Source: the human T2T-CHM13v2.0 reference genome, Homo sapiens. Taken from it: a DNA stretch of 64,000 bases. Below are positions 1 to 14,827 of this stretch, piece by piece. The stretch lies in NCBI RefSeq assembly GCF_009914755.1, contig NC_060932.1. The stretch is one strand, 5' to 3'. The position numbers and the translations under genes were made by a program. A model generated the notes under the pieces. The model had not been told where the DNA came from and ran no database searches. It worked only from the letters and a program-made list of their open reading frames with translations. How positions within the stretch are numbered: the stretch's first letter is position 1; each line of letters starts with the position of its first letter.

Positions 1-81
1 GAACTCCTGACATCAAATGATACACCTGTCTCGGCCTCCCAAAGTGCTGGGGATTACAGGTGTGAGCCACTGCGCCCAGCC
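1..81 (-). mobile_element. Alu (left-arm portion, cut by window edge)
   Basis: Antisense Alu text 'gaactcctgac...ggcctcccaaagtgctgggattacaggtgtgagccactgcgcccagcc'. Confidence 0.95.
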
Positions 82-84
82 TGG

Positions 85-178
85 AAGTTCTCAAATTTTG
101 ATGTGCACATGAATTCCCTGAAGTCACATCGCTGCAGGTTCTGATTCAGCAGGTCTGGGATCAGGCTGGAGATTCTTA
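85..178. mobile_element. MER5A-like hAT MITE fragment
   Basis: 'gttctcaaa...ttctgattcagcaggtctggg' resembles the MER5A consensus (recalled). Confidence 0.55.
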
Positions 179-252
179 CCAGTGAGGACACCCACACTGC
201 TTGCCTGTAATCGCATTTCAGTAGCGAGGCCTGGAGTATTTGTAATGGTGTA

Positions 253-269
253 TAGCCCTCTGGTGGCCA
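253..269 (-). promoter_or_regulatory. Candidate CTCF site
   Basis: Minus strand TGGCCACCAGAGGGCTA, close to the CTCF core; several CpGs retained nearby. Confidence 0.55.
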
Positions 270-1959
270 TAGCGGGAATGTACAACCATTTTGTTACACA
301 CTGGTACCTTCTTTTTCTGCGACTGTTAAAAAAATAAATCCCTCCCCAAAGCCAGCAACTGATGTAGCTGTAACCAGCATAATATTGGCAAAGCCAACAT
401 AGTTTATTAATTTGGACTCTATTAGTTGGGAATTTGGAGTCATTCCAGACAGACCACACTGCCAGTGACGATTAACGAAGAGACATGTTTAGTCTACTTA
501 AACGCTAAGGCAAATGCATTTTTTCCAAAACAACATGAGAAACCAACCTCGTAGTAGCCTTTATATACAAATAATAAGTGAGTAACAAATGATTCATTTT
601 TATTAGTTTTTTTAAAATTCTCTAAGGCTTTTAATTTGATTCCCCTATCCCTGTCAAGTGGTGCCATAAATTGCGTTTTTTATACAGGGTTCTCCAATTC
701 AGGCCTGTCTCTATGAATCAGACTAGCCTACTCTTTAATTAAGAAAAATGGGGCAGTTTTATAGTAATTTTGAATTTCTCAGACTTTTGGCTCCTCTCAG
801 TCTATGCTTCTCAAACAGAAAATTAAAAAAGGGCTATAGCACTTGACTAACTATTGTCAGTGGTTCAAATTAAACAAAGAACGCATAAATGTTTGGAAGG
901 TATTCAACTTAGGAAACACTACTTTTTTCTGTTTTTTTTTTTTTTTTGCTACAAATATGCTTCTTATTTTGAATGTTAATAGACACATTTCCTGGCTTTG
1001 CCATGGTAAATAGATAAATGTTCCAGAAATCATTCCATTTTTTGAGATAACAAAATTATTATCATTCTAGGATGGAAAGTGAACATCCTACCCAAAGAAT
1101 GTACATATACGCAAACTCGAAGTCCACCTCATTGAAATAAACTTGCAAACTATTGTCAATATCAACTTGACGCTGACATAAACCTCTTACCTCATGTGTC
1201 ACCCGTTATCACTGGACCGTAGCCCTGAGCAGATACTGGAAAATCGTTCACTGGCTCAGGGGAAGTTTCCTGAGAATAGTCATGACAGTGTCCCTGTTTG
1301 TATGTGGACGCTAAATGAGATCCCAAAATGAGACTGTTTGCTTTGCTGATTTTCCGTAGTATCATTATATCCCTTTATGTTACAAGAGTTTCACAGATCT
1401 TGTACATTCTAGGAAGTTTTATATGTTGATTCAAACCTTTTATTTATCAGCCTTATAAAAACAACTGGAGTAATTACTACTAATGATCTGGGCTTGGCAA
1501 TTATTGAGAGAACTGTCTGCATAAATAATTTCAAAGGCTCCTGTTTGGGGGTTTAGGAGTTAGGGTGACTTTTTCTGTAAAGACTTGGTGAGAAGTACAG
1601 AAAAATGGTTATTTCTAGATGTTTCCCTACCCTTAGAGCCTCTAAAATCAAACAACAGTTTATATGCATTTCTGACTCAGGTTCATGTGGATCATGAATA
1701 TAACCAGACGTCACCTGTTAATGGCCTTGATAGTTGGTTTATTAACCTTGATAGTTTCATTACATTTTAAAATATCTATCATAGAGATAAAGCAGGTGAA
1801 TATTCCCCATGCCTAGCAGCTGGTTTTGCTTATCTGCAATTCATAAGTGTTCATTACATCAAGGTATAAGGAAGGAACAGAACCTGGATTGATACCTGAA
1901 ATTCAAGACATCAGTCACTTTCTACTTTAAAATCTAATTGATCCCTTTCTTTAATTTAA

Positions 1960-2343
<384 letters not shown>

Positions 2344-4029
2344 TAAGTGAAGCTGAGAAAACAAAAGTAATAATTGGAGGGATGTTTAAGACAGAATTCG
2401 AAGCCAGCAGTTCCATATGCCAGCTTTTTGCAACAACTTAAAGGAAATAGTAAAGAAGCAACATTGGTTAGAACAAATGTATATTTCACTACCCAAACCC
2501 CCAAATCACACAAGAAATGGGGCACCCATGTTCTTCCATACCTTTGATGCCCATTATGACAACCACAAAAGCCACTGGAAAAAAAATTAAACATTTATGG
2601 GATCTGTTTATCCAGAAGTTGAGTAAGGAAAGAGGTGGGGACAAGACACAGCTCCCAGTGGATGTGAGGAGTTTCCATCTCCCAGGAAGGAGCGACTAAC
2701 ACCAGCTTGGGGCTTCTTGCACCCCAAATATTAAATAATTCATTCTGTATTGTTACATTTCCTGACTTCTAAAAATCAAACATATATTTAAGATATAACC
2801 TGAAGTGTTAAGTAGGTAATGGGTACCAGTAATTCCCATAGGGGATAGAATCGGTTTACTCCGATGACCTCTCTCCTGCCTCTGCAAGACACTTAAGGAA
2901 CAGCAGCTTTCACAAAGTAGAAGGAAAGGAAGGATGACTGTCGATTATGGACTTATCTCTGCCTCAGGTGAGGCTGGCCAGAGTACACACTCAGTCTGTG
3001 GGTAGGGTGGGGCAGAGGAAGGAGGTATTTCTCTCTGGGAGTCGTGGGGCAATGTACAGATAGGTAAATACTGAAAACCAAGTCCCTGGAAGAATGCAAA
3101 GTCAGGGCCAAAATAAACATTCCAAACTGGGACAGCAATCCCAGGAGCCAAACAATGAATGGGAAGTAAGGTAAGGTGCCAAATGGGTTAGAAAAACAAG
3201 GCAGAAGAGAACCGCGGAGAGAGAGTATCGGGCAAGACCCAAAGAGGGGGCCATGACTGAGAAGTCATGCAGACCACATTTAGAAGAACTAAAATGGCTC
3301 AGAACTAACACCCGCCCCCGACCCCTTTCCCAGCAGGCCTTCTCCTTTAGAATGTCTCTAGGTTTGCCTGGGAGAAGCCTCTAAAGATTTCTGGAGCCTG
3401 CATTTCAAAGAAGGAAAGTGGGCTCATTGTCACAGTGGATCAATTCCTGGAGCCCCTGTTGGGTCCTTGGCGGGTGCTCTTGGTGTCGCAGGGAGCTATG
3501 CAGAGTGGTGTGGATGTTTTCAAAAGAGGGAAGCTAGAGGCAGAAAGCCATAGGGTTGGTGGCCTCAGACACCTTGAAGGGCCCAAGAGGCCCTCTGGTT
3601 TCTGGAATATCAGCTCTGCAACAATCTGAAGGAGATTCAGGCATCTTCCATTGAAATGTGTTCCCTGGGGGATGGACAGCTACCAGATTATGATTTATTT
3701 TGACCTTAGCACACCACAGGGTTGACTAGGGGTCTTTTGAAGTGGAACCCCCAACCTCTAGGTACCCATCAACTGCCAGGCCTATTGCTATAGAAAGGGA
3801 CATTCTTGGGGAGGTACACAGGGCATTGTGACAGTAAAGGCCACTAAGTGGAGACAATGAACTAGTTATTTTGGTCCCTGTAGAGCTGCAGAAGCTTCCT
3901 TTGGGTTTGCCCTTTTACCAAGCTAATGATTAATTATTTATATAAGTCAACACAGTAATAAGCAATTTATGTGCAATTCCCACTGAATCCTTCCCACACT
4001 CTATAGCAGACCCTCCCCAGCATCCACGA

Positions 4030-4527
4030 CCCTGTTTTTCCCTCTATAGCACCCCAATTCTGTTTTGTTCTCCACCTCCACCCGCCTTGTACCCCAGAAG
4101 CAAGATGCCTCCTTCTCTGCTGTACAATGGCTCTGGTTTGTTTGAGGGCCTCCCATTTCTTTGGCTAGTTTCTCTTTCAGGAACAAGCATATGACCAACT
4201 TTTGGCTAACAGGACCTTGAGGGGACGTGTACCAGAGATCTAGGATGCGCTCCTAGGAGAGAGCTGTGAGAAGGGGGACCTTCTCTTCTTTCCCTGTTGC
4301 ACACTGTGCCTAAATCTAATTTTTAGAGCTGCCATCTTGCTACTTGCCTGAGGTTGAAACCTACACAAGGAGAAAGATGGACCAAGAGGGCCACAGAGAA
4401 ATGCAGCCAGGGATCTGCTCTTCCATCCCTGGGGCAGATTACGTTTTCTATAAGATAATGCATCTCTTTATTTTTTAACCAATTTAACTGTAGATTTCTG
4501 CCTGCTGCAGTCAAATCATCTTAACTG
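4030..4527 (+). mobile_element. MLT1-type MaLR LTR (old)
   Basis: 'gctgccatcttg' core and MLT1-like 3' end 'tttaaccaatttaactgtagatttctg...tgcagtcaaatcatcttaactg'. Confidence 0.55.
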
Positions 4528-4549
4528 CCACAACAATATGAGGCACACT

Positions 4550-4690
4550 TTTTTTTCCTCCCTATTCTATACATGAGGAAATTGCAGCTTAGAGAGGTTG
4601 GGCAATATTTCCAAGGTTATACAGCTTCTTAGGTGGGGTCAAGACTTGAAGCCAAGGTGGCTCAACTCCTAAGCCTGTTTTCTTAACATG
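4550..4690 (-). mobile_element. MIR
   Basis: MIR core 'atgaggaaattgcagcttagagaggtt...tttccaaggttatacagct'. Confidence 0.75.
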
Positions 4691-5518
4691 CAATTCTGAA
4701 CCCATGTGATATCACACCTGGGTGATATGACTCATCTGATTCTGAGTCAGAAGGTCGTAGGCTATGGACACAGATGCAAAAGGCTTTGAGTATGCTGGGG
4801 GCTCCCAATTCAGGGTCGCTGACTTCTTGTCAGTGTGCTGGTCCTGGAGTTGGCCCAATGGGGATGGTGACAATGGAGGTCCAGGACAGCTGGAACCAGG
4901 GGGTCACATGTGAATAAGAGAGGAATTCATATGGATCAATAGGAATCTCTCTACATTATATAAAGACTTTCATTCATCCTACATGAGTCATCTTAAATGC
5001 CATTTCATCAGAGATGGTTTCCTTCTACACCCAAGACTTGGCCAATCCCGGCATCACATGCTTTTGGAGCACCCTAAATGTGTTATATGAATCTCAATTG
5101 TAATTAGGTGATTGGTTCATATTTGCCTTACCTATAGACTATAAATTCCTTCCTTTTTTGCTTCTTTCCTCGAATCCCACCTAGGTCCAAGCCATTTATG
5201 TGGTTTTCATACCAAGTGAGAAGGGAGCATTTGTCAAAACAGACAATACATCTACAGGCAATGGGCCAGTCCTGAGTGCAGTGCTACATGTAGGCAAGGA
5301 AGTGGGGGTTCCAAGGTCAGGCTGCAGGAGAGGGCTGAATCCCTAGGGTCTAAAGAGAGCGTGCCACCATGACATATATAGCATGCATACATGACAGCAT
5401 GGCAGAGTAAAGACAGGAAATCAAAGAAGATCAAAGATAACCCCCATCAGTTTCAAAACTTTGATTTTAAATTCCATATGTGGAAAAGAAGGAGCAGCAT
5501 TACACAACCTCTTTACCA

Positions 5519-5520
<2 letters not shown>

Positions 5521-5561
<41 letters not shown>
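5521..5561. repeat. (CA)20 microsatellite
   Basis: Perfect CA run. Confidence 0.99.
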
Positions 5562-5563
<2 letters not shown>

Positions 5564-6149
5564 ACTTGAACTAGTTCTTTTGTAACTACAATCAAATTAA
5601 GATTTTGGGGACTGGTTTAAAAACTTAATTGTCATTTGCAATTTAATTCTTATTGGAAAATGCTTTGAGAGTTCCTACAAATATGTGTTGCCTACAGAGT
5701 TCATAAAATCCAATTATTGCTTTGCGTTGAAGTGAATTTTGTTGATTTCGGCTCCTTCTAAAGACAAGTGTAATGCCTGGAACCTAGCAGATGCTCAATA
5801 AATAATTATTTAAAAAGGGAAGAAAATTGAGTATTGACTATGTGTTATGTCTATGCAGAAAATAGAAAGAAATGCATTTACTTTAACAAAGAGTGCATAC
5901 GTTACTAAGGATATGGTTGCAGATGGAATTCTCTTCAACCAATATTGGCTGAAGAAGAAGAAAGAAAATAGCTAAGAAACCTCAATGTTGTTAGAAGCAA
6001 GAGGAAGCTGTAAGAAACTAAGGCCAGTTTAGGGCCTGCTGTTCCTTCCTTCATCATGAATAGGTGTCTATTCAGCACAATACTCATAGTACTCCTGTAG
6101 ATATCACTTAATTGTGAAGTGCACATAAAGAGATATAATACATGGTATA

Positions 6150-6715
6150 ATACACCACAATCACACTGCCCTTTAAAGTCATTATATGAGCATGTTATTC
6201 TCCTGCTTAAAGATACCACATTGCCCATAGGATAAAGAGAAGAATCTTTAGTTTGCATGTTCAACCTAACTCACCAGCCCCGTCTCAAGTTGTTCTCCTG
6301 CCCACTTTCTGCCTTTCAAACCTACTGGGCTTTGGGTCCTTTGAATGCTTCATTCTCCTTTCCACATACAGTACAGTTTTATGCACATGACATCATCACC
6401 CTCTCCCTTCACCTAGGTAACGCCTACTCACCCTTCAGAGGTCAAATGGAATCTTGCTTATGGAGGAAGACCTCCCTAAATCTCCTAGACTGGTTCCAGC
6501 TGCTCTGCCATGACCTGTCATGCAAGCTCTGTGCCTCTTCATCCAAATAGTGATTAAGCAGATGGGCAAATTATGTGTTTAATGTTTGTCTCCCCTCTAG
6601 AATTCAAACTTGAGGAGAGCAGGCATGTTTTTCTTATGTTTTTCTTATCTCTGTTGAATTTGTAGGGCCTAAAAATTGCTTTGTGCATTTTTGTTGAATG
6701 AATGAAAGAATGGAT
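6150..6715 (+). mobile_element. L2 3' fragment
   Basis: L2-like text ending 'tttgttgaatgaatgaa'. Confidence 0.6.
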
Positions 6716-6870
6716 GCTGATTGCAGTTATCTGCTCATGCTCAAGCTTCTGTTGTGGGCTTCTTTTCTCAAAAAAAAGTCAGAGTTGTTTCGGATTCTTC
6801 CCTGAGTCCTTATTTTTCTCTCTTTAGTTAGCCTTCCAGTGAGATGCCAGGGCGTCGTTCACCATCCTGA

Positions 6871-7162
6871 TATTTATTTATGTATTTATTTTTGAGATGG
6901 AGTCTCGCTCTGTTGCCCAGGCTGGAGGGCAGTGGCTCACTTGGCTCACTGCAGCCTTCGCCTCCCGGGTTCAAGCAATTCTCATGACTCAGAGTAGCTG
7001 GGATTACAGGCATCCACCACCATGCCCAACTAATTTTTGTATTTTTAATAAAGATGGGGTTTTGCCACATTGGCCAGGCTAGTCTTGAACTCCTGACCTC
7101 AAAGGATCTGCCTGCCTTGGCCTCCCAAAATGCTGGGATTACAGGCATGAGCCACTACACCC
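6871..7162 (-). mobile_element. Alu (AluS)
   Basis: Antisense Alu flanked by 'catcctgat' repeats. Confidence 0.95.
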
Positions 7163-7793
7163 ATCCTCATCCTGATGTTTATGACTGCAAAATGTGTATC
7201 TCCTGCCAAGACTTCTCTCCACAATTTCCCACCCTCAGAACAACTGCTTCTCGGACACCCTCATGTTGGTCTCACACACAAGTACCTATACTTCATTTTT
7301 GGTACAAGCCCCTTTGTAAAACTCTCGTCTAGTTATTCCAGTAATTTCTTTGTTCACTTTCTCCCCAAGCTTTCAGAACAACTGGCAACTCTAGAATGCA
7401 GCTTCTCCCTGTTGCTGATGAGCCTTTGCACAGCTGTGTTCAAACACGCAGAGAGGAGTTGGAGGAACGGTGAAATGCAGGATATTTTGTAGGAGAGTAG
7501 CATAAGGACAGTATTTCAGACAGGTTTATTTCCCTTATTCTGGAATCTTAAGCATTATATTTCCATCAATGACTTGGATGATGAAATAGCTATATTCAGG
7601 AAGTTTGCAGAAAATATTTACAAGCTTTTAATTGAAGGACACTTCATGAATTGGAAAAATAACAAGAACATAATTAAATGAAATGAGAGGAAAAGCAGAG
7701 TACTGCAAGAAGGGGAGAAACTTAAGAAAGGGAAAAGAACATTTGCTCCAAGAAAGTGTGGCTATCAAAGATTAAGAAAAGCAAAATGGCATC

Positions 7794-8166
7794 TGATATG
7801 GCTGGGCTGTGTCCCCACCCAAATCTCATCTAGAATTGTAGTTCCTCTAATTCCCATGTGCCATGGGAGGGACATGGTGGGAGGTAATTAATCATGGGGG
7901 TGGTTACCTTCATGCTGTTTTTGTGATATCGAGTGAGTTCTCATGAGATCTGATGGTTTTATAAGGGACTTTTCCTCACCTTTGCTCTGCACTTCTCCTT
8001 GCTGCTGCATGTGAAGAAAGACATGTTTGCTTTGACTTCCACCATGATTGTAAGTTTCCTGGGGCCTCCCCCGCCCTGCGGAACTGAGTCAATTCAACCT
8101 TTTTCCTTTATAAATTACCCCATCTTGGGTATGTCTTTATTAGCAGTGTGAAAACAGACTAATACA
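7794..8166 (+). mobile_element. THE1 (C/D-type) solo LTR
   Basis: TGATATGG...gtccccacccaaatctcatc...cagactaataCA, ~370 bp. Confidence 0.9.
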
Positions 8167-9120
8167 GAGTCTTAGTGGAAAATGCTACAGCATCACACTT
8201 CCAAAGCTGATTTGCTTCTGGTTGCATAAACACAATGCAGGCAGGAAGGAAAAGGAGCTGATTGGTGCAATGAAAACATGCCTGATCCAGGAGCCTGAAG
8301 ATGAAGATAAATTCAAGTCCTAGTTCCTCTGTACGTGAGGCCTCAGCAGACTAGGAGCCCATTCAATTTGGGAGAAAACAGAGATCATCTAATAGAAACT
8401 TCTCACTAAAGACAAGAAATTTGAGCCCACAGAGAAGGAACTTCCAATGTCACACACCAGGAAATTGTAGCGAGAGACCCTCTTTCTTCCAAACTTGGCT
8501 ATCTCATAAACTTATAGGGAAAAACACCTGAGATTCTGTTTGTAAGCAATTATTTCAGCATGCAATTTCAATGGAAGTATTGTTGAAAGGAGCAGCCACT
8601 TGTAATCCTCATTTATAAAGTAACAGTGGTCAAGTTAAAAATAGCTGTCAACACTAAAATATACAAGTGGACCTATTCCACTTCTCAAGAGCCAAGAGAG
8701 CACCTAAAAGAGAGCCAGAGAACTGAGGAGTAAGTGGTACAATAGAAAGCTAGGAGAAATAGTTAAGGACACCTATTTTTATTAGTGGATATTTATTAAA
8801 CATTTATTAAGACATTGAGGTAGGTGTTGGGGATCCAAAAATGACAGGCACAGCCCCATCTCAACAGAACTTACAATCTAATAATAGCAGGCAAATGCAT
8901 AACAAATACATTCACTAATGCAAAAGAATTAGAACAGAATTGTGCTCCGTGTCACAGAATTATGTTCTGGGACCAACGGGGGCACTAAGGAAGAAAGGAC
9001 AGACGTTCCCGTGAGTGGTGATCTCATGAGAGTAATTATTAAACCAGAAATGTGTCCTGCCCAGGAGTGGCTCCTTTAGAGCAATGACAGATCTAGTTAC
9101 ACTTGAAATTAGGAGAGAGG

Positions 9121-9456
<336 letters not shown>

Positions 9457-10039
9457 TCAAAAGAGATGGGCAATAATGAGGAAAAATAGCTTTACAATGA
9501 AAGTTATTCCAAAAATTATTTGCTATAAATGGTATAGAATCTTCTTTCTTAGAGAAAGGATACACTGTCATCTGGCTGGGGTGGCTTAACTATGTTCACT
9601 AAGGTTCTCAAGACTGCTAAACTGTTATTTTTGCAAAAACACAATAACTTTAAAAATTGGCTGTAAGCATGCCTGCTTAAGCACTCTAAATGCAAACAAT
9701 TACTGCTTATATAACAGTGACTCATACCCTATGGTGTCACCTAAAACCTGACTATTCTCCAAAGCTTTCTAGTTATAGATGGAAATTCTCATACTTAAAA
9801 ACTTGTAACTTACAAGCCATCACAGGTGCAAAGCTATTTTCCAGAGCAAAAGCATATCAACTCCGTCTGGCAACAAGACATGCAGTAACAATTATGCACC
9901 ATCCTTTTGGTTCAAATATACTTTTGCCCGAGGCATTAGCCATTATTCTAGTGTGTATTTGCTATGTTTACACTTAGTTTTGAGGTACTTTATGAACATT
10001 TACTCCAGTGTCTCAAATAAATGCAAAAACAATAAAGCT

Positions 10040-10900
10040 TGTAAAAAAAAATACTAGATTGAAGAAGCGGACAATCACAAATGAAACAAAAGTAGAAATA
10101 TGGTATTAGAAAAAATTTTAAGAAAATGATATGTGCGTAAGACGTTTGTCTTTGGCTCATAGGAATAATTCAGTATGACAAAGCAATTTGTAGAAACTGC
10201 TGCTCTAATCATCTTTAGCAAAAGATGAGAAAGAATAACTACCAAAATGGAAAAAAAAAACAGAACAAAAAACCACAGTGAGCGTGGCAAAATTTAATGA
10301 AGAAGAAGCCTGGAAGATTATCCAAAGCTTCAGCATGGTAAAAGTAGCCAGGCACTAGGGTGGCCAGCCACACTTGTAGGTGCCTAGGTCTTTTCAGATC
10401 TGCATAATGCAAAAGTCACTGGTGACATGTCCATCACAAGCAAAAGTGAGTGTTGACACATCCATCACAAGCAAAAGTCAGTGGTGACATGTCCAACACA
10501 GATGGGGCAGCGGTTCTCTGTTGGTAGACTCCGTCCCATACAGGGGAACAAGGCTTAGTGATTAGAACAAGGCTGCAATCCGGCTTCCATTTGCCACCTC
10601 AGTTGGGTGGCCAACCTGCATCTACAAATTGCTTGCTAGAAAACTCCTCACAACACAAGTGGCACTCATCCTGAAGTGGGGATACCTACCCAAAATATTT
10701 TTGTTATAGTGAAAATCGATCTGGTTTGGAAACAGATGCCAAGTGGAACTTACAATATCAAGGAGGAAAAGACTCTGATTGTAAAGCTCTTAGAAGAACA
10801 ATTCACTGTCCTATTGGATGATAATGCAGTGAGGAACCACAATCACAAGCCTCTTGTAGCCATAAGAACCTACATGGGGGAAATTGGCTTATTTACAAAT
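10040..10900 (+). mobile_element. Decayed Tigger/pogo transposase remnant
   Basis: Peptide pieces KKRTITNETKVEI (CENP-B-type N-terminal HTH), HNAKVTGDMS, and LVWKQMPSGTYNIKEEK...FTVLLDDNAV...KPLV (cf. Tigger1/TIGD1 LFWKRMPSRTYI..DRLTLLLGGNAAG..LKPLL). Confidence 0.8.
10409..10501. repeat. 31-bp tandem repeat x3
   Basis: Unit gcaaaagtcactggtgacatgtccatcacaa at 10409, 10440 and 10471. Confidence 0.95.
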
Positions 10901-10907
10901 TTTTAGG

Positions 10908-11420
10908 TATGGTTGGTGGTAGGCAAACATGTTCACCAGCAATTCCTTCTACCACTGGTTGCATGCGCCGTTTCTTCCATTAAGAAATGAAGTCTATTTC
11001 CTTTCCCCTTGAACCTGGCCAGATCTTTTAACTTGCTTTACTTGCTTTGATTTCTCCCCCTAAAAGAATATAACAGAAACGACACTCTTGAACCTCCGAG
11101 CCCAGGACTTAAGATTGACAGTTTCTTCTTTCTCCCTCTTGGAAGCCAGCTGCCATGTACATAGTCCAACTACTCTGAGGTCAATATGCTACAAAGAAGC
11201 TCAGGCTACCAAAGGAAAGATCAAATAGAGGAGAACCAAGGAACCCCAGCTATGCCCCCAGCTCATCAGCCAACTAAATGCAGTTGCTCCAATGATCCCA
11301 GGCAAGACCATCAGGAAAACTTAACTGGTTAACTTATGAAATCAAGAGATATAATATATTGCTTTACTTTTAAGCCACTAAGTTTTTTGGTTGTTTCCTT
11401 TGCAGAGCCTAATTAGATCA
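10908..11420 (+). mobile_element. MLT1 (G/H-type) MaLR LTR
   Basis: 'gaagtctatttcctttccccttgaa', 'ggaagccagctgccatgt', 3' end 'tttaagccactaagttt'. Confidence 0.8.
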
Positions 11421-11802
11421 TAAAAGTAGAGGAGCTTTTGCAATAACAGATGTGTGAGCCAAAAAAATATATAAACAGATTCCTCCACAAGATTCCATGG
11501 AAACCACAGTGAGTGGCAGGATGGCAATAATCCACACATGAAGAAACAAAGGCAAAAAGAAAAATTTTCTATAAGAACCTCTGCAAATAGAAGGGCTACA
11601 TTGTCACTGGAGGAACAAGAACAATGACCACTGATAAAGTCCGTTGGGAGAAGATTCCTACATGGGGTAGGAAGTTTGCATAGATCAGTGGTTTTCAAAC
11701 TATTTAGCAATGGAACCCCGATTGCAAAATTAATAAAATTATATTTTATTAGTAAATTATTTTTAAGTTTAAAGCCTTCCTTTTACTTCCTATAAAAGCC
11801 AC

Positions 11803-12155
11803 TGATATGGTTTGGCTGTGTCCCCACCCAAATCTTAACTTGAGTTGTATCTCCCAGAATTCCCATGTGTGTGGGAGGGACCCAGGGGGAGGTAATTGAA
11901 TCATGGGGGTTGGTCTTTCCTGTGCTATTCTTGAGATAGTGAATAAGTCTTACGAGATCTGATGGGTTTATCAGGGGTTTCTGCTTTTGCTTCTTCCTCA
12001 TTTTTCTCTTGCCACCACCGTGTAAGAAGTGCCTTTCTCCTCCTGCCATGATTCTGGGGACCCCCAGCCATGTAGAATTATAAGTCCAATTAAGCATCTT
12101 TTTCTTCCCAGTCTCAGGTGTGTCTTTGTCAGCAGTGTGAAAATGGACTGATATA
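11803..12155 (+). mobile_element. THE1A solo LTR with 5-bp TSD
   Basis: THE1A-type text; perfect TSD GCCAC at 11798-11802 and 12156-12160. Confidence 0.93.
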
Positions 12156-12209
12156 GCCACTATCCATGAGATCAGTAAATGCATTTCAGTGCAAACAAAC
12201 CAAGTTTAA

Positions 12210-12683
<474 letters not shown>

Positions 12684-14827
12684 TGAATACTTCCTCAATG
12701 TGCAAAAGAGAAGTAGGTTGCAGGAAGGGAGTTCCTGATCAGGTGCCTGTTTCCAGAAGTGGCCACTTGTGTGGCAGCTGGCAGTGATGAAGAGCCCTTT
12801 GGCTGGAACTGGTCCCAATCTCAGCCCCTTCACTTGCTGCTTAGTTCTGGAGCCACTTAAGAGAATCTGTGCCGCCTTTATCCACTCAAGGCATAGAGAG
12901 CTCTCAGCCTCTCTCCCTTCCTTTTTTGCCAGGGAGGATGCCCTCTCTGATACAGGCACAAGATCAGCACTGTCTCCTTCCGTAATCAGCCTGTTTCTTT
13001 TTCATTCCTCTGCTCACTTTAATACAACCAATACAGCTGTTTTGTTACCTTTGCCATTTTATTCCCAAAGTTGCAGCTTATATTGGGTGAACCTTCCCAA
13101 AGGAGATAATTTCATTAATGTCCATTTCATTCATTTTAAATTCATTCATTTAAAATTCAATTTCATTAATTTCCATTATGGAAGCTTAGGTGATGAACAA
13201 AAATCAATGGACTTACTTTATAGCCTCATGGGTTAGTAGTCTCTGAAGGGTGATTTTGTTTGATTAAGCTCAGCTGATGATATGAATTCCAAGCAGCAAA
13301 TGATCACTGAGTACCTGTTTTGTGGAAGGAAGGCATTGGTGTACACACATGGAGGCTGTGGACTTCATATGTTGTACTTGGTTTCAGCCTTTACTGAAAC
13401 AAGTGCGGACACTAAATGGCAATGGGGTCCGTTTAGCTGACTGGATATTAGCTGCTCAGGCTATTTTTACAAGGACCGTTCTAGCCACATCACCACATGT
13501 AGTGCCCTGTGACGCAAAATGACTCCATTGATGGAAATGCTTTTCTCCTCTTCCTCTGCCTTTTGCCAAGGCTAAGGGAGCTGAAGGAGACGTTAGGTAA
13601 AGGGACCGAAGAAAATGTAACAGACAGCAGCTCTAAACAGACTGGCCTCTAGGAGACTTGCTAAGAGGAGGTCCTTCTGGGCTGAGTCAAAGCTCCCATT
13701 ATTTTGGAGGTTTTCTGGAATCTTCTGCTTTGTCTGTCATTCTCCCCTCCCTCAGGGTCCATAGCAGTGTACACATTACCTTTTCAAAAGCCACTTATCA
13801 CTTTGCATGGCCACTGTGAATGTACATGTCTCTCACACATATTGTGAACTCCTCGAGGGAAGGAACTCTGCCCTGGACGTGTTTGTAACCCCTGTCCCTA
13901 GCTTGGTAGATACAACAGGCCTTGCTTAAATAGTATTTTAACAAAGAGCCCTGTGTCCTGTACAGTTCTAAGACAAAGAAGAAAGCAGTTACAGTCTTGT
14001 GGAAAAGGTGGGAAAATGTGGGAAGATGGTAAAATCTGTTCCCTGATTCTTCTGGTGCCTGCTGGTACCTTCTCTGGGCTGACAAACAACTGCCATCTCT
14101 GGTAAGGAAGGGTTGCTGTCCTGCTGCCAGGCACACAGATGCTGAGGCATACTGCTGCCCTGAGCTTTCCGTCTTTCTAACTTAATAATCCTCAACATTT
14201 TGGAGAGAAAGCTTTTGATTTCCTTCAAGGTGTACAGGGAAATTTTACCAAGATAGATCATATTCTGGGCCATCAATTACGTTTCAATGAATATGAAAAG
14301 ATTAAAATCCTACAAAGCGTGGTCTCTGATCACAATGGAAATAAAGTAGATATAAATAAAAGATATTTAGAAAATCCCCAAGCATTTGGAAACCAAGTAA
14401 TACAATTAAAATATCCCAAAAAGATATAGTAAATAGTTGAAAAAGAAAATTTATGAGATGCAGTTAAAACAATGTTTAAGGGAAATTAAGCACCAAACAC
14501 CTATATTAGAAATGGAGAAACATCTTACTCAATATCTTCAGCCTCCATTTGAAGAAAGAAGTAAAAGAAGAGCAAAGTAAACCCAAAGTAAGCAGAAGAA
14601 AGGCAATAATGAAGAATATAAATCAATGAGATAGAAAACAATAAAACAATGAGGAAAAATCAATAAAACCAAAAGCTGTTTTGTTAAGGAGAAAAATTAA
14701 AATGAGAACCTGTAGCCAGTCTTATTAGGAAATAAGAGAAAAGACACAAATTACTAATGTCAAGAATAAGAGAGGTAACATCACTATGGATTCTATACAT
14801 CCTAAAGGGATAATAAAAGAATGTTCT

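Noticed and set aside
1191-1290. Weak RhoGAP-like look of peptide ILRKLPLSQ*TIFQYLLR
   Set aside because: Too short, multiple stops, no supporting neighbouring exons
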